Assembly (NCBI RefSeq): GCF_030389695.1
Contig: NZ_CP128926.1
Direction: 5' to 3' (one strand)
DNA: 24,000 nt
From: Escherichia coli
GTDB taxonomy: Bacteria; Pseudomonadota; Gammaproteobacteria; Enterobacterales; Enterobacteriaceae
How positions within the stretch are numbered: position 1 is the first letter of the stretch; every line of letters begins with the position of its first letter. A program made the translations under genes and the position numbers. The notes beneath the pieces are model-generated. The model saw nothing but the letters and a program-made list of their open reading frames with translations. It had not been told where the DNA came from and searched no databases. Below, in pieces: positions 1 to 10,565 of the stretch.

Positions 1-1
1 T

Positions 2-406
2 ACTGCATGTCGCGTATTGAAAAAACAAATCGGGAATCATCACCGTTGGGTATTTGTGTACAAGGAAAGCTGTACCAAACCAGACGGAACGAAAGCGCCA
101 ACAGTAAGGAAGATGCGGTATGACGCAAACACAGCCTGGAAAGCGGCGCTGAGACGGGCTGGTATTGATGATTTCAGATTTCACGACTTGAGACACACCT
201 GGGCAAGTTGGCTGGTTCAAGCCGGAGTCCCGTTGTCAGTGTTACAGGAAATGGGAGGCTGGGAGTCTATCGAAATGGTTCGTCGATATGCTCACCTTGC
301 ACCTAATCACCTTACCGAACACGCACGGCAAATAGACTCGATTCTGAACCCATCGGTCCCAAATTTGTCCCAGTCAAAAAATAAGGAAGGTACTAATGAT
401 GTGTAA
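2..406 (+). CDS. C-terminal part of a phage/genomic-island tyrosine recombinase (integrase), 5' end outside the window
   Basis: Reading frame is open to the window edge. The translation carries the C-terminal tyrosine recombinase signature '[47 protein letters not shown]' (HxLRH...G...Y). It lies immediately adjacent to the 3' end of a tRNA gene. Confidence 0.93.
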   Translation, partial: TACRVLKKQIGNHHRWVFVYKESCTKPDGTKAPTVRKMRYDANTAWKAALRRAGIDDFRFHDLRHTWASWLVQAGVPLSVLQEMGGWESIEMVRRYAHLAPNHLTEHARQIDSILNPSVPNLSQSKNKEGTNDV

Positions 407-420
407 CTTATTGATTTAAA

Positions 421-496
421 TGGTGCCGATAATAGGAGTCGAACCTACGACCTTCGCATTACGAATGCGCTGCTCTACCAACTGAGCTATATCGGC
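421..496 (-). tRNA. thrW: tRNA-Thr (anticodon CGU)
   Basis: Reverse complement GCCGATATAGCTCAGTTGGTAGAGCAGCGCATTCGTAATGCGAAGGTCGTAGGTTCGACTCCTATTATCGGCACCA: cloverleaf arms, TTCGACTCC T-arm, CGT anticodon, encoded CCA; adjacent to proA. Confidence 0.96.
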
Positions 497-610
497 CCTG
501 AAAGGACATGTTCACGAACGTGAATCACGGTGGACAAGGTTAAAACTAACCGGGCGATGCGTCAATGGCCTTGTGAATCAAATGGCTACTTTTGCATCAC
601 CCGGTTTTAT

Positions 611-1864
611 TTACGCACGAATGGTGTAATCACCAATGCCGATCCACTTGTAAGTGGTCAGTGCTTCCAGCCCCATTGGGCCACGCGCGTGGAGTTTTTG
701 TGTGCTTACCGCCACTTCCGCACCCAGACCAAACTGGCCGCCGTCGGTAAAACGCGTAGAGGCGTTAACGTAAACAGCGGACGAATCCACTTCGTTAACA
801 AAACGCTGGGCGTTGCGCATATCGCGGGTCAGGATCGCATCGGAGTGTTGTGTGCCGTGTTCACGAATATGGGCGATGGCATCGTCAAGATCGCTGACGA
901 TTTTGACGTTCAAATCTAATGACAGAAACTCATCGTCATACTCTTCGGCTTTAACAGCAACCACCTTCGCAGGGCCTGCCTGCAACTGCGCCAGTGCAGC
1001 TGCATCTGCGTGTAATGTCACGCCGCTTTCCGCCATTTGTTTGCTTAATGCGGGCAGGAAGCTATCGGCGATGTTTTTATTCACCAGCAACGTTTCAACC
1101 GTATTACATGTGCTCGGACGCTGAGTTTTCGCGTTGACGATCACTTTTAATGCTTCAGCGATCTCTACACTTTCATCAACGTAAATATGGCATACGCCTA
1201 TACCACCTGTGATCACCGGGATTGTCGACTGTTCACGGCACAGTTTATGCAAACCAGCGCCACCACGCGGGATCAGCATGTCGATGTATTTATCCATACG
1301 CAGCATTTCACTGACCAGCGCACGGTCAGGATTATCAATCGCCTGCACGGTACCCGCCGGTAAGCCGCAGGATTTCAGGGCGTCCTGAATCACCGCCACC
1401 GTTGCAGCGTTAGTGCGACACGTTTCTTTGCCACCGCGCAGGATCACCGCATTACCGGTTTTCAGGCACAGCGAAGCGACATCAACCGTCACGTTCGGGC
1501 GCGCTTCATAAATCACGCCAATAACCCCCAGCGGTACGCGACGACGCTCAAGACGCAGGCCGCTGTCCAGTACGCCGCCATCGATTACCTGCCCCACCGG
1601 ATCGGCGAGGTTGCACACCTGACGTACATCGTCGGCAATGCCTTTCAGCCGTGCGGGCGTCAGTGCCAGACGGTCAAGCATCGCTTCTCTAAGGCCATTG
1701 GCTCGCGCGTCAGCAACATCCTGGGCGTTAGCGTTGAGGATGATTTCGCTTTGTGCTTCCAGTTCATCGGCGATTTTTTCCAGCACGCGATTTTTTTCGC
1801 GGCTGGAGAGTTGCGCTAATTTATACGAGGCTTGCTTCGCGGCAATGCCCATTTGTTCCAGCAT
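611..1864 (-). CDS. proA: gamma-glutamyl phosphate reductase (417 aa)
   Basis: Full-length ORF '[40 protein letters not shown]...'; directly downstream of proB. Confidence 0.98.
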   Translation of the reverse strand: MLEQMGIAAKQASYKLAQLSSREKNRVLEKIADELEAQSEIILNANAQDVADARANGLREAMLDRLALTPARLKGIADDVRQVCNLADPVGQVIDGGVLDSGLRLERRRVPLGVIGVIYEARPNVTVDVASLCLKTGNAVILRGGKETCRTNAATVAVIQDALKSCGLPAGTVQAIDNPDRALVSEMLRMDKYIDMLIPRGGAGLHKLCREQSTIPVITGGIGVCHIYVDESVEIAEALKVIVNAKTQRPSTCNTVETLLVNKNIADSFLPALSKQMAESGVTLHADAAALAQLQAGPAKVVAVKAEEYDDEFLSLDLNVKIVSDLDDAIAHIREHGTQHSDAILTRDMRNAQRFVNEVDSSAVYVNASTRFTDGGQFGLGAEVAVSTQKLHARGPMGLEALTTYKWIGIGDYTIRA

Positions 1865-1875
1865 CAGCCTGCTCC

Positions 1876-2979
1876 TTAACGGGTAATCATGTCATCACGG
1901 TGAACGGCAACCGGGCCGTATTCATATCCCAGTATTGCATCAATTTCTTGCGAGTGGTGTCCGGCAATACGGCGTAATGCATCGCTGTTGTAACGACTGA
2001 CGCCGTGGGCGATATCGCGGCCTTCGAGGTTGCAAATGCGGATGACTTCACCACGCGAGAAATTGCCAGTCACGCTTTTAATGCCTTTCGGCAACAGGGA
2101 GCTGCCGCGTTCCAGAATGGCGGCAGTTGCCCCTTCATCTACCGTGATTTCACCCGCCGGCGGCGCACCGAAAATCCAGCGTTTACGGTTTTCAAGCGGA
2201 GTCGCCTGGGCATGGAACAGCGTACCGACGGAAATGCCTTCCATCACATCACCAATAACGCCCGGCTTGCTGCCCGCGGCAATAATGGTGTCGATACCCG
2301 CACGGCAAGCCACGTCAGCGGCCTGCAATTTGGTACTCATGCCGCCAGTTCCGAGGCCTGAAACGCTGTCACCGGCAATCGCGCGCAGTGCGTCATCAAT
2401 GCCGTAAACATCTTTAATCAGTTCTGCCTGCGGATTGCTGCGCGGGTCAGCGGTATACAAACCTTTTTGATCGGTCAGCAGCAACAGTTTATCGGCACCC
2501 GCAAGAATCGCCGCCAGCGCAGAAAGGTTATCGTTATCGCCGACCTTAATCTCTGCCGTAGCGACAGCATCGTTCTCATTGATTACCGGAACGATATTGT
2601 TATCGAGCAACGCTCGCAGGGTGTCGCGGGCGTTCAGGAAGCGTTCACGGTCTTCCATATCAGCACGGGTCAGCAGCATTTGCCCGACGTGAATGCCATA
2701 AATCGAAAACAGCTGTTCCCACAGTTGAATCAGTCGACTCTGCCCTACCGCCGCCAGCAGTTGTTTCGAGGCGATGGTCGCTGGCAGTTCCGGGTAACCC
2801 AGGTGCTCACGTCCGGCGGCGATCGCGCCCGACGTCACAATAACAATCCGATGCCCGGCGGCATGTAACTGCGCGCACTGGCGAACAAGTTCAACGATAT
2901 GGGCACGGTTCAGACGGCGCGATCCGCCTGTTAGCACACTGGTGCCGAGTTTTACCACCAGCGTCTGGCTGTCACTCAT
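1876..2979 (-). CDS. proB: glutamate 5-kinase (367 aa)
   Basis: ORF track starts at 3066; internal start [34 protein letters not shown] at 2979 gives the expected 367 aa protein. Confidence 0.97.
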
Positions 2980-3167
2980 GATTCTCTGCCATTCAATTTT
3001 AGGAAAAATGATATCAAACGAACGTTTTAGCAGGACTGTCGTCGGTTGCCAACCATCTGCGAGCAAAGCATGGCGTTTTGTTGCGCGGGATCAGCAAGCC
3101 TAGCGGCAGTTGTTTACGCTTTTATTACAGATTTAATAAATTACCACATTTTAAGAATATTATTAAT

Positions 3168-3185
3168 CTGTAATATATCTTTAAC
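3168..3185 (+). promoter_or_regulatory. Pho box (PhoB binding site) upstream of phoE
   Basis: CTGTAATATATCTTTAAC, a 7+4+7 arrangement resembling CTGTCAT-N4-CTGTCAT, about 80 bp upstream of the phoE start. Confidence 0.75.
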
Positions 3186-3266
3186 AATCTCAGGTTAAAA
3201 ACTTTCCTGTTTTCAACGGGACTCTCCCGCTGAATATTCGCGCGTTAATTAAAATCAGGAATGAAA

Positions 3267-4322
3267 ATGAAAAAGAGCACTCTGGCATTAGTGGTGATGG
3301 GCATTGTGGCATCTGCATCTGTACAGGCTGCAGAAATATATAATAAAGACGGTAATAAACTGGATGTCTATGGCAAAGTTAAAGCCATGCATTATATGAG
3401 TGATAACGCCAGTAAAGATGGCGACCAGAGTTATATCCGTTTTGGTTTTAAAGGCGAAACACAAATTAACGATCAACTGACTGGTTATGGTCGTTGGGAA
3501 GCAGAGTTTGCCGGTAATAAAGCAGAGAGTGATACTGCACAGCAAAAAACGCGTCTCGCTTTTGCCGGGTTGAAATATAAAGATTTGGGTTCTTTCGATT
3601 ATGGTCGTAACCTGGGGGCGTTGTATGACGTGGAAGCCTGGACCGATATGTTTCCGGAATTTGGTGGCGATTCCTCGGCGCAGACCGACAACTTTATGAC
3701 CAAACGCGCCAGCGGTCTGGCGACGTATCGGAACACCGACTTCTTCGGCGTTATCGATGGCCTGAACTTAACCCTGCAATATCAAGGGAAAAACGAAAAC
3801 CGCGACGTTAAAAAGCAAAACGGCGATGGCTTCGGCACGTCATTGACATATGACTTTGGCGGCAGCGATTTCGCCATTAGTGGGGCCTATACCAACTCAG
3901 ATCGCACCAACGAGCAGAACCTGCAAAGCCGTGGCACAGGCAAGCGTGCAGAAGCATGGGCAACAGGTCTGAAATACGATGCCAATAATATTTATCTGGC
4001 AACTTTCTATTCTGAAACACGCAAAATGACGCCAATAACTGGCGGCTTTGCCAATAAGACACAGAACTTTGAAGCGGTCGCTCAATACCAGTTTGACTTT
4101 GGTCTGCGTCCATCGCTGGGTTATGTCTTATCGAAAGGGAAAGATATTGAAGGTATCGGTGATGAAGATCTGGTCAATTATATCGACGTCGGTGCTACGT
4201 ATTATTTCAACAAAAATATGTCAGCGTTTGTTGATTATAAAATCAACCAACTGGATAGCGATAACAAATTGAATATTAATAATGATGATATTGTCGCGGT
4301 TGGCATGACCTATCAGTTTTAA
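3267..4322 (+). CDS. phoE: outer membrane phosphoporin PhoE (351 aa)
   Basis: [43 protein letters not shown]...GMTYQF: signal peptide, porin strands and C-terminal F. Start placed at the second Met of the ORF track entry. Confidence 0.98.
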   Translation: MKKSTLALVVMGIVASASVQAAEIYNKDGNKLDVYGKVKAMHYMSDNASKDGDQSYIRFGFKGETQINDQLTGYGRWEAEFAGNKAESDTAQQKTRLAFAGLKYKDLGSFDYGRNLGALYDVEAWTDMFPEFGGDSSAQTDNFMTKRASGLATYRNTDFFGVIDGLNLTLQYQGKNENRDVKKQNGDGFGTSLTYDFGGSDFAISGAYTNSDRTNEQNLQSRGTGKRAEAWATGLKYDANNIYLATFYSETRKMTPITGGFANKTQNFEAVAQYQFDFGLRPSLGYVLSKGKDIEGIGDEDLVNYIDVGATYYFNKNMSAFVDYKINQLDSDNKLNINNDDIVAVGMTYQF

Positions 4323-4330
4323 TGGATATT

Positions 4331-4351
4331 GCCGGATGTGATACATCCGGC
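4331..4351 (+). terminator. hairpin downstream of phoE
   Basis: GCCGGATGT-GAT-ACATCCGGC perfect 9-bp stem just after the phoE stop; resembles a REP-type hairpin and lacks a strong T tract. Confidence 0.5.
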
Positions 4352-4360
4352 ACATTTCAC

Positions 4361-4819
<459 letters not shown>

Positions 4820-6064
4820 TTAACACAAACGTTTTTCGATCCAGTCTGTGATTTCCTGAAGACCTTTGTCAAAATTCCGATACACCGGGTTAAATGGGAT
4901 CTCTAATAATTTACCGTCAGCAGATGATGAGGTGATTAAGCGTGAGTCCTCTTCCGGGCTGAACGGATCGTTCTTCCAGTAGCCCGATAACATTGGCGTT
5001 GGGCAGCGACGTCCCAGCAATCCTTGCACTTTTAATGAATAGCGATTCAGCTCCACGCGCAACGCTTCGTCGGAAGCATCATGCATCCCCAAACGACTCG
5101 CCAGAACGTCAAGATACATTTCCGGCACCTGTTGCTGGCACTTAAAATCACTCAACAGGGTATGAACTACCGGACCAAGACAGGCAACCGCTTTCAGACG
5201 CGGCGATTCAAGGTATGCCAGACGCACGGCAACGTTAGCGCCGAAACGGAAACCAAAGGCCGCGACGCGAGTGTGATCCACCCACGGTACGTTAGGCAGC
5301 GCCTTTAAGACGTGCTGATGCAACAGGCTGGAGTCCTGGGTCAGCTTCCATTTTGAAGAAAAGCCCACCGACGGCATATCAATAGTCAGCATCGCAATGC
5401 CGCGCGGCGCAAAATAACGTTCGTACAGGCTGTAATAGTCCGTCTGCATCGCATCCAGACCACCACACATTAATACTGTCGGGAACGGGCCATCGCCTTT
5501 CGGCATATGCAAAAAGCCGGTGATGGGCGCACCGCCGGGTACGGTAAACTCCATCTGCCGCATCGTGCCCGGCAGACGCTGAGCGGCCTCTTCATAGGCG
5601 CGGTTTGACAAAGCCTGCGCTTGCTCGGCCAGGTCATCTCCTTTCAGATGAGGATAGGCAGCAATGTTATACAACGTAGCCGCATGCAGCCAGTGACGAC
5701 CACTGAGTTGCGGATCTTCTTCCGCACAGGCTTTTTGTTGCCACACCATCGCCTGGGTGGCCCACTCATAAATCCAGTTGCCACCACGGTAGCCAATCAC
5801 AGTATCGTATAAATCATCGTCGGTACGTTCAGCATCGCTCATCACAATACGTGCCTGGACGTCGAGGATTTCACGTGGGTCAATACCGCGCCAGATCCAC
5901 ATCAGACGGTTAATCATGCGATACCAGTGAGGGATGGTTTTACCATCAAGAGCCGACTGCACAGGCGGTTGTGCGCCGTGATTAAAGCGGCGGACTAGCG
6001 TCGAGGTTTCAGGATGTTTAAAGCGGGGTTTGAACAGGGTTTCGCTCAGGTTTGCCTGTGTCAT
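4820..6064 (-). CDS. frsA: FrsA/YafA, fermentation/respiration switch-associated alpha/beta hydrolase-fold protein (414 aa)
   Basis: [30 protein letters not shown]...; full length and syntenic. Confidence 0.96.
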
Positions 6065-6155
6065 GGATGCAGCCTCCAGAATACTTACTGGAAACTATTG
6101 TAACCCGCCTGAAGTTAAAAAGAACAACGCCCGGCAGTGCCAGGCGTTGAAAAGA

Positions 6156-6614
6156 TTAGCGACCGGAGATTGGCGGGACGAATACGACGCCCATATCCCA
6201 CGGCTGTTCAATCCAAGTATCTTGCGGGATATCAACAACATAGTCATCAACCAGCGGACGACCAGCCGGTTTTGCGAAGATGGTGACAAAGTGCGCTTTT
6301 GGATACATTTCACGAATCGCAACCGCAGTACCACCGGTATCCACCAGGTCATCAATAACGATGAAGCCTTCGCCATCGCCTTCTGCGCGTTTCAGCACTT
6401 TAAGCTCGCGCTGGTTGTCGTGATCGTAGCTGGAAATACAAACGGTATCGACATGACGAATACCCAGTTCACGCGCCAGTAACGCACCCGGTACCAGACC
6501 GCCACGGCTTACGGCAATAATGCCTTTCCATTGTTCAGAAGGCATCAGTCGGCTTGCGAGTTTACGTGCATGGATCTGCAACATGTCCCAGGTGACGATG
6601 TATTTTTCGCTCAT
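6156..6614 (-). CDS. gpt: xanthine-guanine phosphoribosyltransferase (152 aa)
   Basis: [58 protein letters not shown]...[16 protein letters not shown] (PRPP-binding motif). Confidence 0.98.
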
Positions 6615-6874
6615 GTGAAGTGTCCCAGCCTGTTTATCTACGGCTTAAAAAGTGTTCGAGGGGAAAATAGGTTGCGCGAGATTATAGAGATCTGGCGCAC
6701 TAAAAACCAGTATTTCACATGAGTCCGCGTCTTTTTACGCACTGCCTCTCCCTGACGCGGGATAAAGTGGTATTCTCAAACATATCTCGCAAGCCTGTCT
6801 TGTGTTGACAACATTTTCTGCTAACCCTGTGACCTGCAATACTGTTTTGCGGGTGATCGACAAGGAGACTTAAC

Positions 6875-8332
6875 GTGTCTGAACTGTCTCAATTATCTCC
6901 ACAGCCGCTGTGGGATATTTTTGCCAAAATCTGTTCTATTCCTCACCCGTCCTATCATGAAGAGCAACTCGCTGAATACATTGTTGGTTGGGCAAAAGAG
7001 AAAGGTTTCCATGTCGAACGCGATCAGGTAGGTAATATCCTGATTCGTAAACCTGCCACCGCAGGTATGGAAAATCGTAAACCGGTCGTCTTGCAGGCCC
7101 ACCTCGATATGGTGCCGCAGAAAAATAACGACACCGTGCATGACTTCACGAAAGATCCTATCCAGCCTTATATTGATGGCGAATGGGTTAAAGCGCGCGG
7201 CACCACGCTGGGTGCAGATAACGGCATTGGTATGGCGTCTGCGCTGGCGGTTCTGGCTGACGAAAACGTGGTTCACGGCCCGCTGGAAGTGCTGCTGACC
7301 ATGACCGAAGAAGCCGGTATGGACGGTGCGTTCGGCTTACAGAGCAACTGGTTGCAGGCTGATATTCTGATTAACACCGACTCCGAAGAAGAAGGTGAAA
7401 TCTACATGGGTTGCGCGGGGGGTATCGACTTCACCTCCAACCTGCATTTGGATCGTGAAGCGGTTCCAGCTGGCTTTGAAACCTTCAAGTTAACCTTAAA
7501 AGGTCTAAAAGGCGGTCACTCCGGCGGTGAAATCCACGTTGGCCTGGGTAATGCCAACAAACTGCTGGTGCGCTTCCTGGCGGGTCATGCGGAAGAGCTG
7601 GACCTGCGCCTTATCGATTTCAACGGTGGCACACTGCGTAACGCCATCCCGCGTGAAGCCTTTGCGACCATTGCTGTCGCAGCTGATAAAGTCGACGCCC
7701 TGAAATCTCTGGTGAATACCTATCAGGACATCCTGAAAAACGAGCTGGCAGAGAAAGAGAAGAATCTGGCCTTGTTGCTGGACTCTGTAGCGAACGATAA
7801 AGCTGCTCTGATTGCGAAATCTCGCGATACCTTTATTCGTCTGCTGAACGCCACCCCGAACGGTGTGATCCGCAATTCCGACGTGGCAAAAGGTGTGGTC
7901 GAAACCTCCCTGAACGTCGGTGTGGTGACCATGACTGACAATAACGTAGAAATTCACTGCCTGATCCGTTCACTGATCGACAGCGGTAAAGACTACGTGG
8001 TGAGCATGCTGGATTCGCTGGGTAAACTGGCTGGCGCGAAAACCGAAGCGAAAGGCGCATATCCTGGCTGGCAGCCGGACGCTAATTCTCCGGTGATGCA
8101 TCTGGTACGTGAAACCTATCAGCGCCTGTTCAACAAGACGCCGAACATCCAGATTATCCACGCGGGCCTGGAATGTGGTCTGTTTAAAAAACCGTATCCG
8201 GAAATGGACATGGTTTCTATCGGGCCAACTATCACCGGTCCACACTCTCCGGATGAGCAAGTTCACATCAAAAGCGTAGGTCATTACTGGACACTGCTGA
8301 CTGAACTGCTGAAAGAAATTCCGGCGAAGTAA
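6875..8332 (+). CDS. pepD: cytosol non-specific dipeptidase / aminoacyl-histidine dipeptidase (485 aa)
   Basis: MSELSQLSPQPLWDIFAKICSIPHPSYHEEQLAEYI...QAHLDMVPQKN...TEEAGMDGAFGL; M20 peptidase motifs, full length. Confidence 0.98.
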   Translation: MSELSQLSPQPLWDIFAKICSIPHPSYHEEQLAEYIVGWAKEKGFHVERDQVGNILIRKPATAGMENRKPVVLQAHLDMVPQKNNDTVHDFTKDPIQPYIDGEWVKARGTTLGADNGIGMASALAVLADENVVHGPLEVLLTMTEEAGMDGAFGLQSNWLQADILINTDSEEEGEIYMGCAGGIDFTSNLHLDREAVPAGFETFKLTLKGLKGGHSGGEIHVGLGNANKLLVRFLAGHAEELDLRLIDFNGGTLRNAIPREAFATIAVAADKVDALKSLVNTYQDILKNELAEKEKNLALLLDSVANDKAALIAKSRDTFIRLLNATPNGVIRNSDVAKGVVETSLNVGVVTMTDNNVEIHCLIRSLIDSGKDYVVSMLDSLGKLAGAKTEAKGAYPGWQPDANSPVMHLVRETYQRLFNKTPNIQIIHAGLECGLFKKPYPEMDMVSIGPTITGPHSPDEQVHIKSVGHYWTLLTELLKEIPAK

Positions 8333-8344
8333 TTATTTGATTTG

Positions 8345-8376
8345 CTGCCGGATGGCGTTTAATCGCCTTCCGGCAG
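8345..8376 (+). terminator. hairpin (REP-like) downstream of pepD
   Basis: CTGCCGGATGGCG-TTTAAT-CGCCTTCCGGCAG inverted repeat (one mismatch) between convergent pepD and prfH. Confidence 0.55.
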
Positions 8377-8388
8377 TTTCATCCTTCA

Positions 8389-8946
8389 TTATCCTTCGAT
8401 AAAAGCCATCCCTGTAAATGTCCGTCGCGGGTTGCCACGTTCAATCTGGTGATGGAACATTCGCCGCTGCGATTTCAGCGCCGCGCTATTTTCCTGTTGC
8501 TGCTGCTCCAGCTTCCAGGCAATCAGCAATCGCGCCAGCCGTTTGTTAGCATGCTGGCTGCGCTCTGACTGAACCTTCACGCTAATACCGGATGCCAGAT
8601 GCGTGGCGCGTACCGCCGAGTCGGTTTTATTGACATGTTGACCGCCCGGCCCCGACGAACGCAGCGTCTCATAACGGATTGCATCCGATTGTTCCTTCTC
8701 ATCAGCGGTAAAACGCCCAATGCCCAGAAACCAGTTTTTGCGCCCATGATGAGGCCGATACGGACTCGGACAAATCCACTGAATAGTGCCACACCAGCTT
8801 TCGCTTAATGCCCATGCGTTATCGCCATCCAGAGAAACCAGCGCCGAACGCAGCGTGTCAGAGTAGCGGCCCGTTTCTGTTTCCAGCACCGTTACAGCGA
8901 CGTCTTGTCGGGTAAAAACGACCAACAGAGAAGAACGCTGCGCCAA
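8389..8946 (-). pseudogene. prfH: PrfH, class I release-factor homologue, N-terminally truncated/fused
   Basis: Contains the GGQ motif '[41 protein letters not shown]'. Homology begins at about '[21 protein letters not shown]' (codon at about 8910); the preceding 12 residues of this ORF are out-of-frame sequence from the neighbouring ykfJ/rtcB2 fragment. Confidence 0.88.
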
Positions 8947-9124
8947 TCGGGTAGCCGCGTCCGGGGTGTAAATCTGGCATCCCCACTACGCGCTGCATGT
9001 TGGGTAAATTTGCCGTGGTGTGTAATTGTTGGATCGCTAAACTCTCGATCCACAGGTCATCAGATGCGATGGTAAATACCGCATCGGATAAGGGACGAAT
9101 ATATTTGCCCATGTACCATTCCAT
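8858..9124 (-). pseudogene. ykfJ: YkfJ: N-terminal ~70 residues of an RtcB-type RNA ligase, truncated by deletion
   Basis: [72 protein letters not shown] matches an RtcB N-terminus ('GMPDxHxGxGxPIG'). It then runs into a different frame of prfH ('[16 protein letters not shown]'). Confidence 0.85.
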
Positions 9125-9357
9125 TTATACTCGTCATACTTCAAGTTGCATGTACTGCGACTCGAATTATTTAGAGTATATAAATATAAAAATCAGGAAA
9201 TGGCAGACGAATCCAGGGCAAGAAAAAAAGAATTAATCCTGGAAAGGTCTGCAAAGAGTCATTGATAAAGGATTTGTCATGATTTACCTCCTTGCAGTTT
9301 GTGGAATAAGAAAACGCGCACATACCAGGCGGGCGTTATTTTCATTGCAAGCTGGAT

Positions 9358-9810
9358 TTAATATTGCGGTTTATATCGCATATAAAAATTAGTAAACCAC
9401 GTTCCCCGGCATTCAACGCGCTGCTGCTTAACTGTCTGAAAACCATAACGTTCAAAAAAGGGTTTTGCGGTTATGCTGGCGTCCACCGTAAGTTCGGATT
9501 CAGACTTAATCAAAGGTTTTAACAAAGCGCAGGCAACCCCGCGGCGGGTGTATTCAGGGTCAACAAATAACATATCGATATAACGTTCAACGCAGGTAAT
9601 AAAACCAACCGGTTGTGCATTAATGACGGCAACCCGCACTTGTGATTTCGCGAGTTTCTCCTTCCAGCGAGATTCGTCAATCTGCGCCCAGGCGGCAATT
9701 TGTTGTGGTGAATAATGCTGACTGGAGATCATCGTAACCGCTCTAATGAAAATAGCGCATAGTTGCTGAAAATCGCCAGGCTGATAGTCTCTTATTTGTA
9801 TGTTATTCAT
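9358..9810 (-). CDS. yafP: YafP, GNAT-family N-acetyltransferase (150 aa)
   Basis: MNNIQIRDYQPGDFQQLCAIFIRAVTMISSQHYSPQQIAAWAQIDE...'YTRRGVACALL' acetyl-CoA motif; last gene of the dinB-yafN-yafO-yafP cluster. Confidence 0.94.
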   Translation of the reverse strand: MNNIQIRDYQPGDFQQLCAIFIRAVTMISSQHYSPQQIAAWAQIDESRWKEKLAKSQVRVAVINAQPVGFITCVERYIDMLFVDPEYTRRGVACALLKPLIKSESELTVDASITAKPFFERYGFQTVKQQRVECRGTWFTNFYMRYKPQY

Positions 9811-9819
9811 AATATAAAT

Positions 9820-10218
9820 TCAAAAACGCATGCGAAACGCTTCTGCCATTTTCCCAATTTTATGCATTTGGTTGTTATCTCGAGCCTGTTTATGAGGTTC
9901 AGGTTTCAGAATGGCAATGAGCAACCATGCTTGCTCATCAAACGCACCCTGACAATATACCAAATGCGCTTCGTCATTCGTTCTGCTGAATTGGCGCAAC
10001 TGTGGCGGAAATGGATTATTCACATTTGCCAGATGAATATGAGCAACTCGCTCAAATTTGATTAATGGCCAGGTAAACGAGTCGTCGTAGAGTGCATCGC
10101 GACCAAATATATCTGGCAAAACACCGTCACGCTTATAGGAAATAAAATCCGCCGTTAACGCATCAAGTTCCTCTGCTGTAAGTTGCAGGCGAATAAGTTT
10201 TGTTTTGAATACCCGCAT
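9820..10218 (-). CDS. yafO: YafO, ribosome-dependent mRNA interferase toxin (132 aa)
   Basis: MRVFKTKLIRLQLTAEELDALTADFISYKRDGVLPDIFGRDALYDDSFTWPLIKFERVAHIHLAN; paired with yafN. Confidence 0.95.
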   Translation of the reverse strand: MRVFKTKLIRLQLTAEELDALTADFISYKRDGVLPDIFGRDALYDDSFTWPLIKFERVAHIHLANVNNPFPPQLRQFSRTNDEAHLVYCQGAFDEQAWLLIAILKPEPHKQARDNNQMHKIGKMAEAFRMRF

Positions 10219-10220
10219 CC

Positions 10221-10514
10221 TTATTCCTTAAAGTCATTGAAATCATCATCCGTCATATCATTAAGATATTTTTCAGCTCGGCGTGTAATTTCCTCTAATC
10301 TTGCAGCACTTGGACGGAAGCGCGCCTTTATGGGCTTTTTCTCCTCTTGTTCAGCAAGCATGTCCATTAACGCTTCGAATGCGCTGGCACTTAAGAGATA
10401 TCCTGCGGGGCGATTATTAGAAAGAACCGCAACCGGTTGATCAATAAAGTATTTAGCTGGGTTTTTACGTAACTCAGTAATATTGACCGATTTTTCAGCG
10501 AGAATTCGATGCAT
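10221..10514 (-). CDS. yafN: YafN antitoxin (97 aa)
   Basis: MHRILAEKSVNITELRKNPAKYFIDQPVAVLSNNRPAGYLLSASAFEALMDMLAEQ: PhD/YefM-type antitoxin, 2 nt upstream of yafO. Confidence 0.95.
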   Translation of the reverse strand: MHRILAEKSVNITELRKNPAKYFIDQPVAVLSNNRPAGYLLSASAFEALMDMLAEQEEKKPIKARFRPSAARLEEITRRAEKYLNDMTDDDFNDFKE

Positions 10515-10565
10515 GCAGTGATCCCCTCATAATAATGCACACTAGAATAGACATAATAGTATACA

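Noticed and set aside
530-919. 129-aa plus-strand ORF
   Set aside because: Antisense to proA and lacking recognisable protein features; typical shadow ORF of a GC-rich coding frame.
2005-2868. Several plus-strand ORFs (118, 125, 133 aa)
   Set aside because: All lie antisense to well-supported proB.
9358-10514. yafN-yafO-yafP as a novel three-gene defence system
   Set aside because: These are the well-characterised YafN/YafO toxin-antitoxin pair and YafP acetyltransferase downstream of dinB; nothing new in their arrangement.
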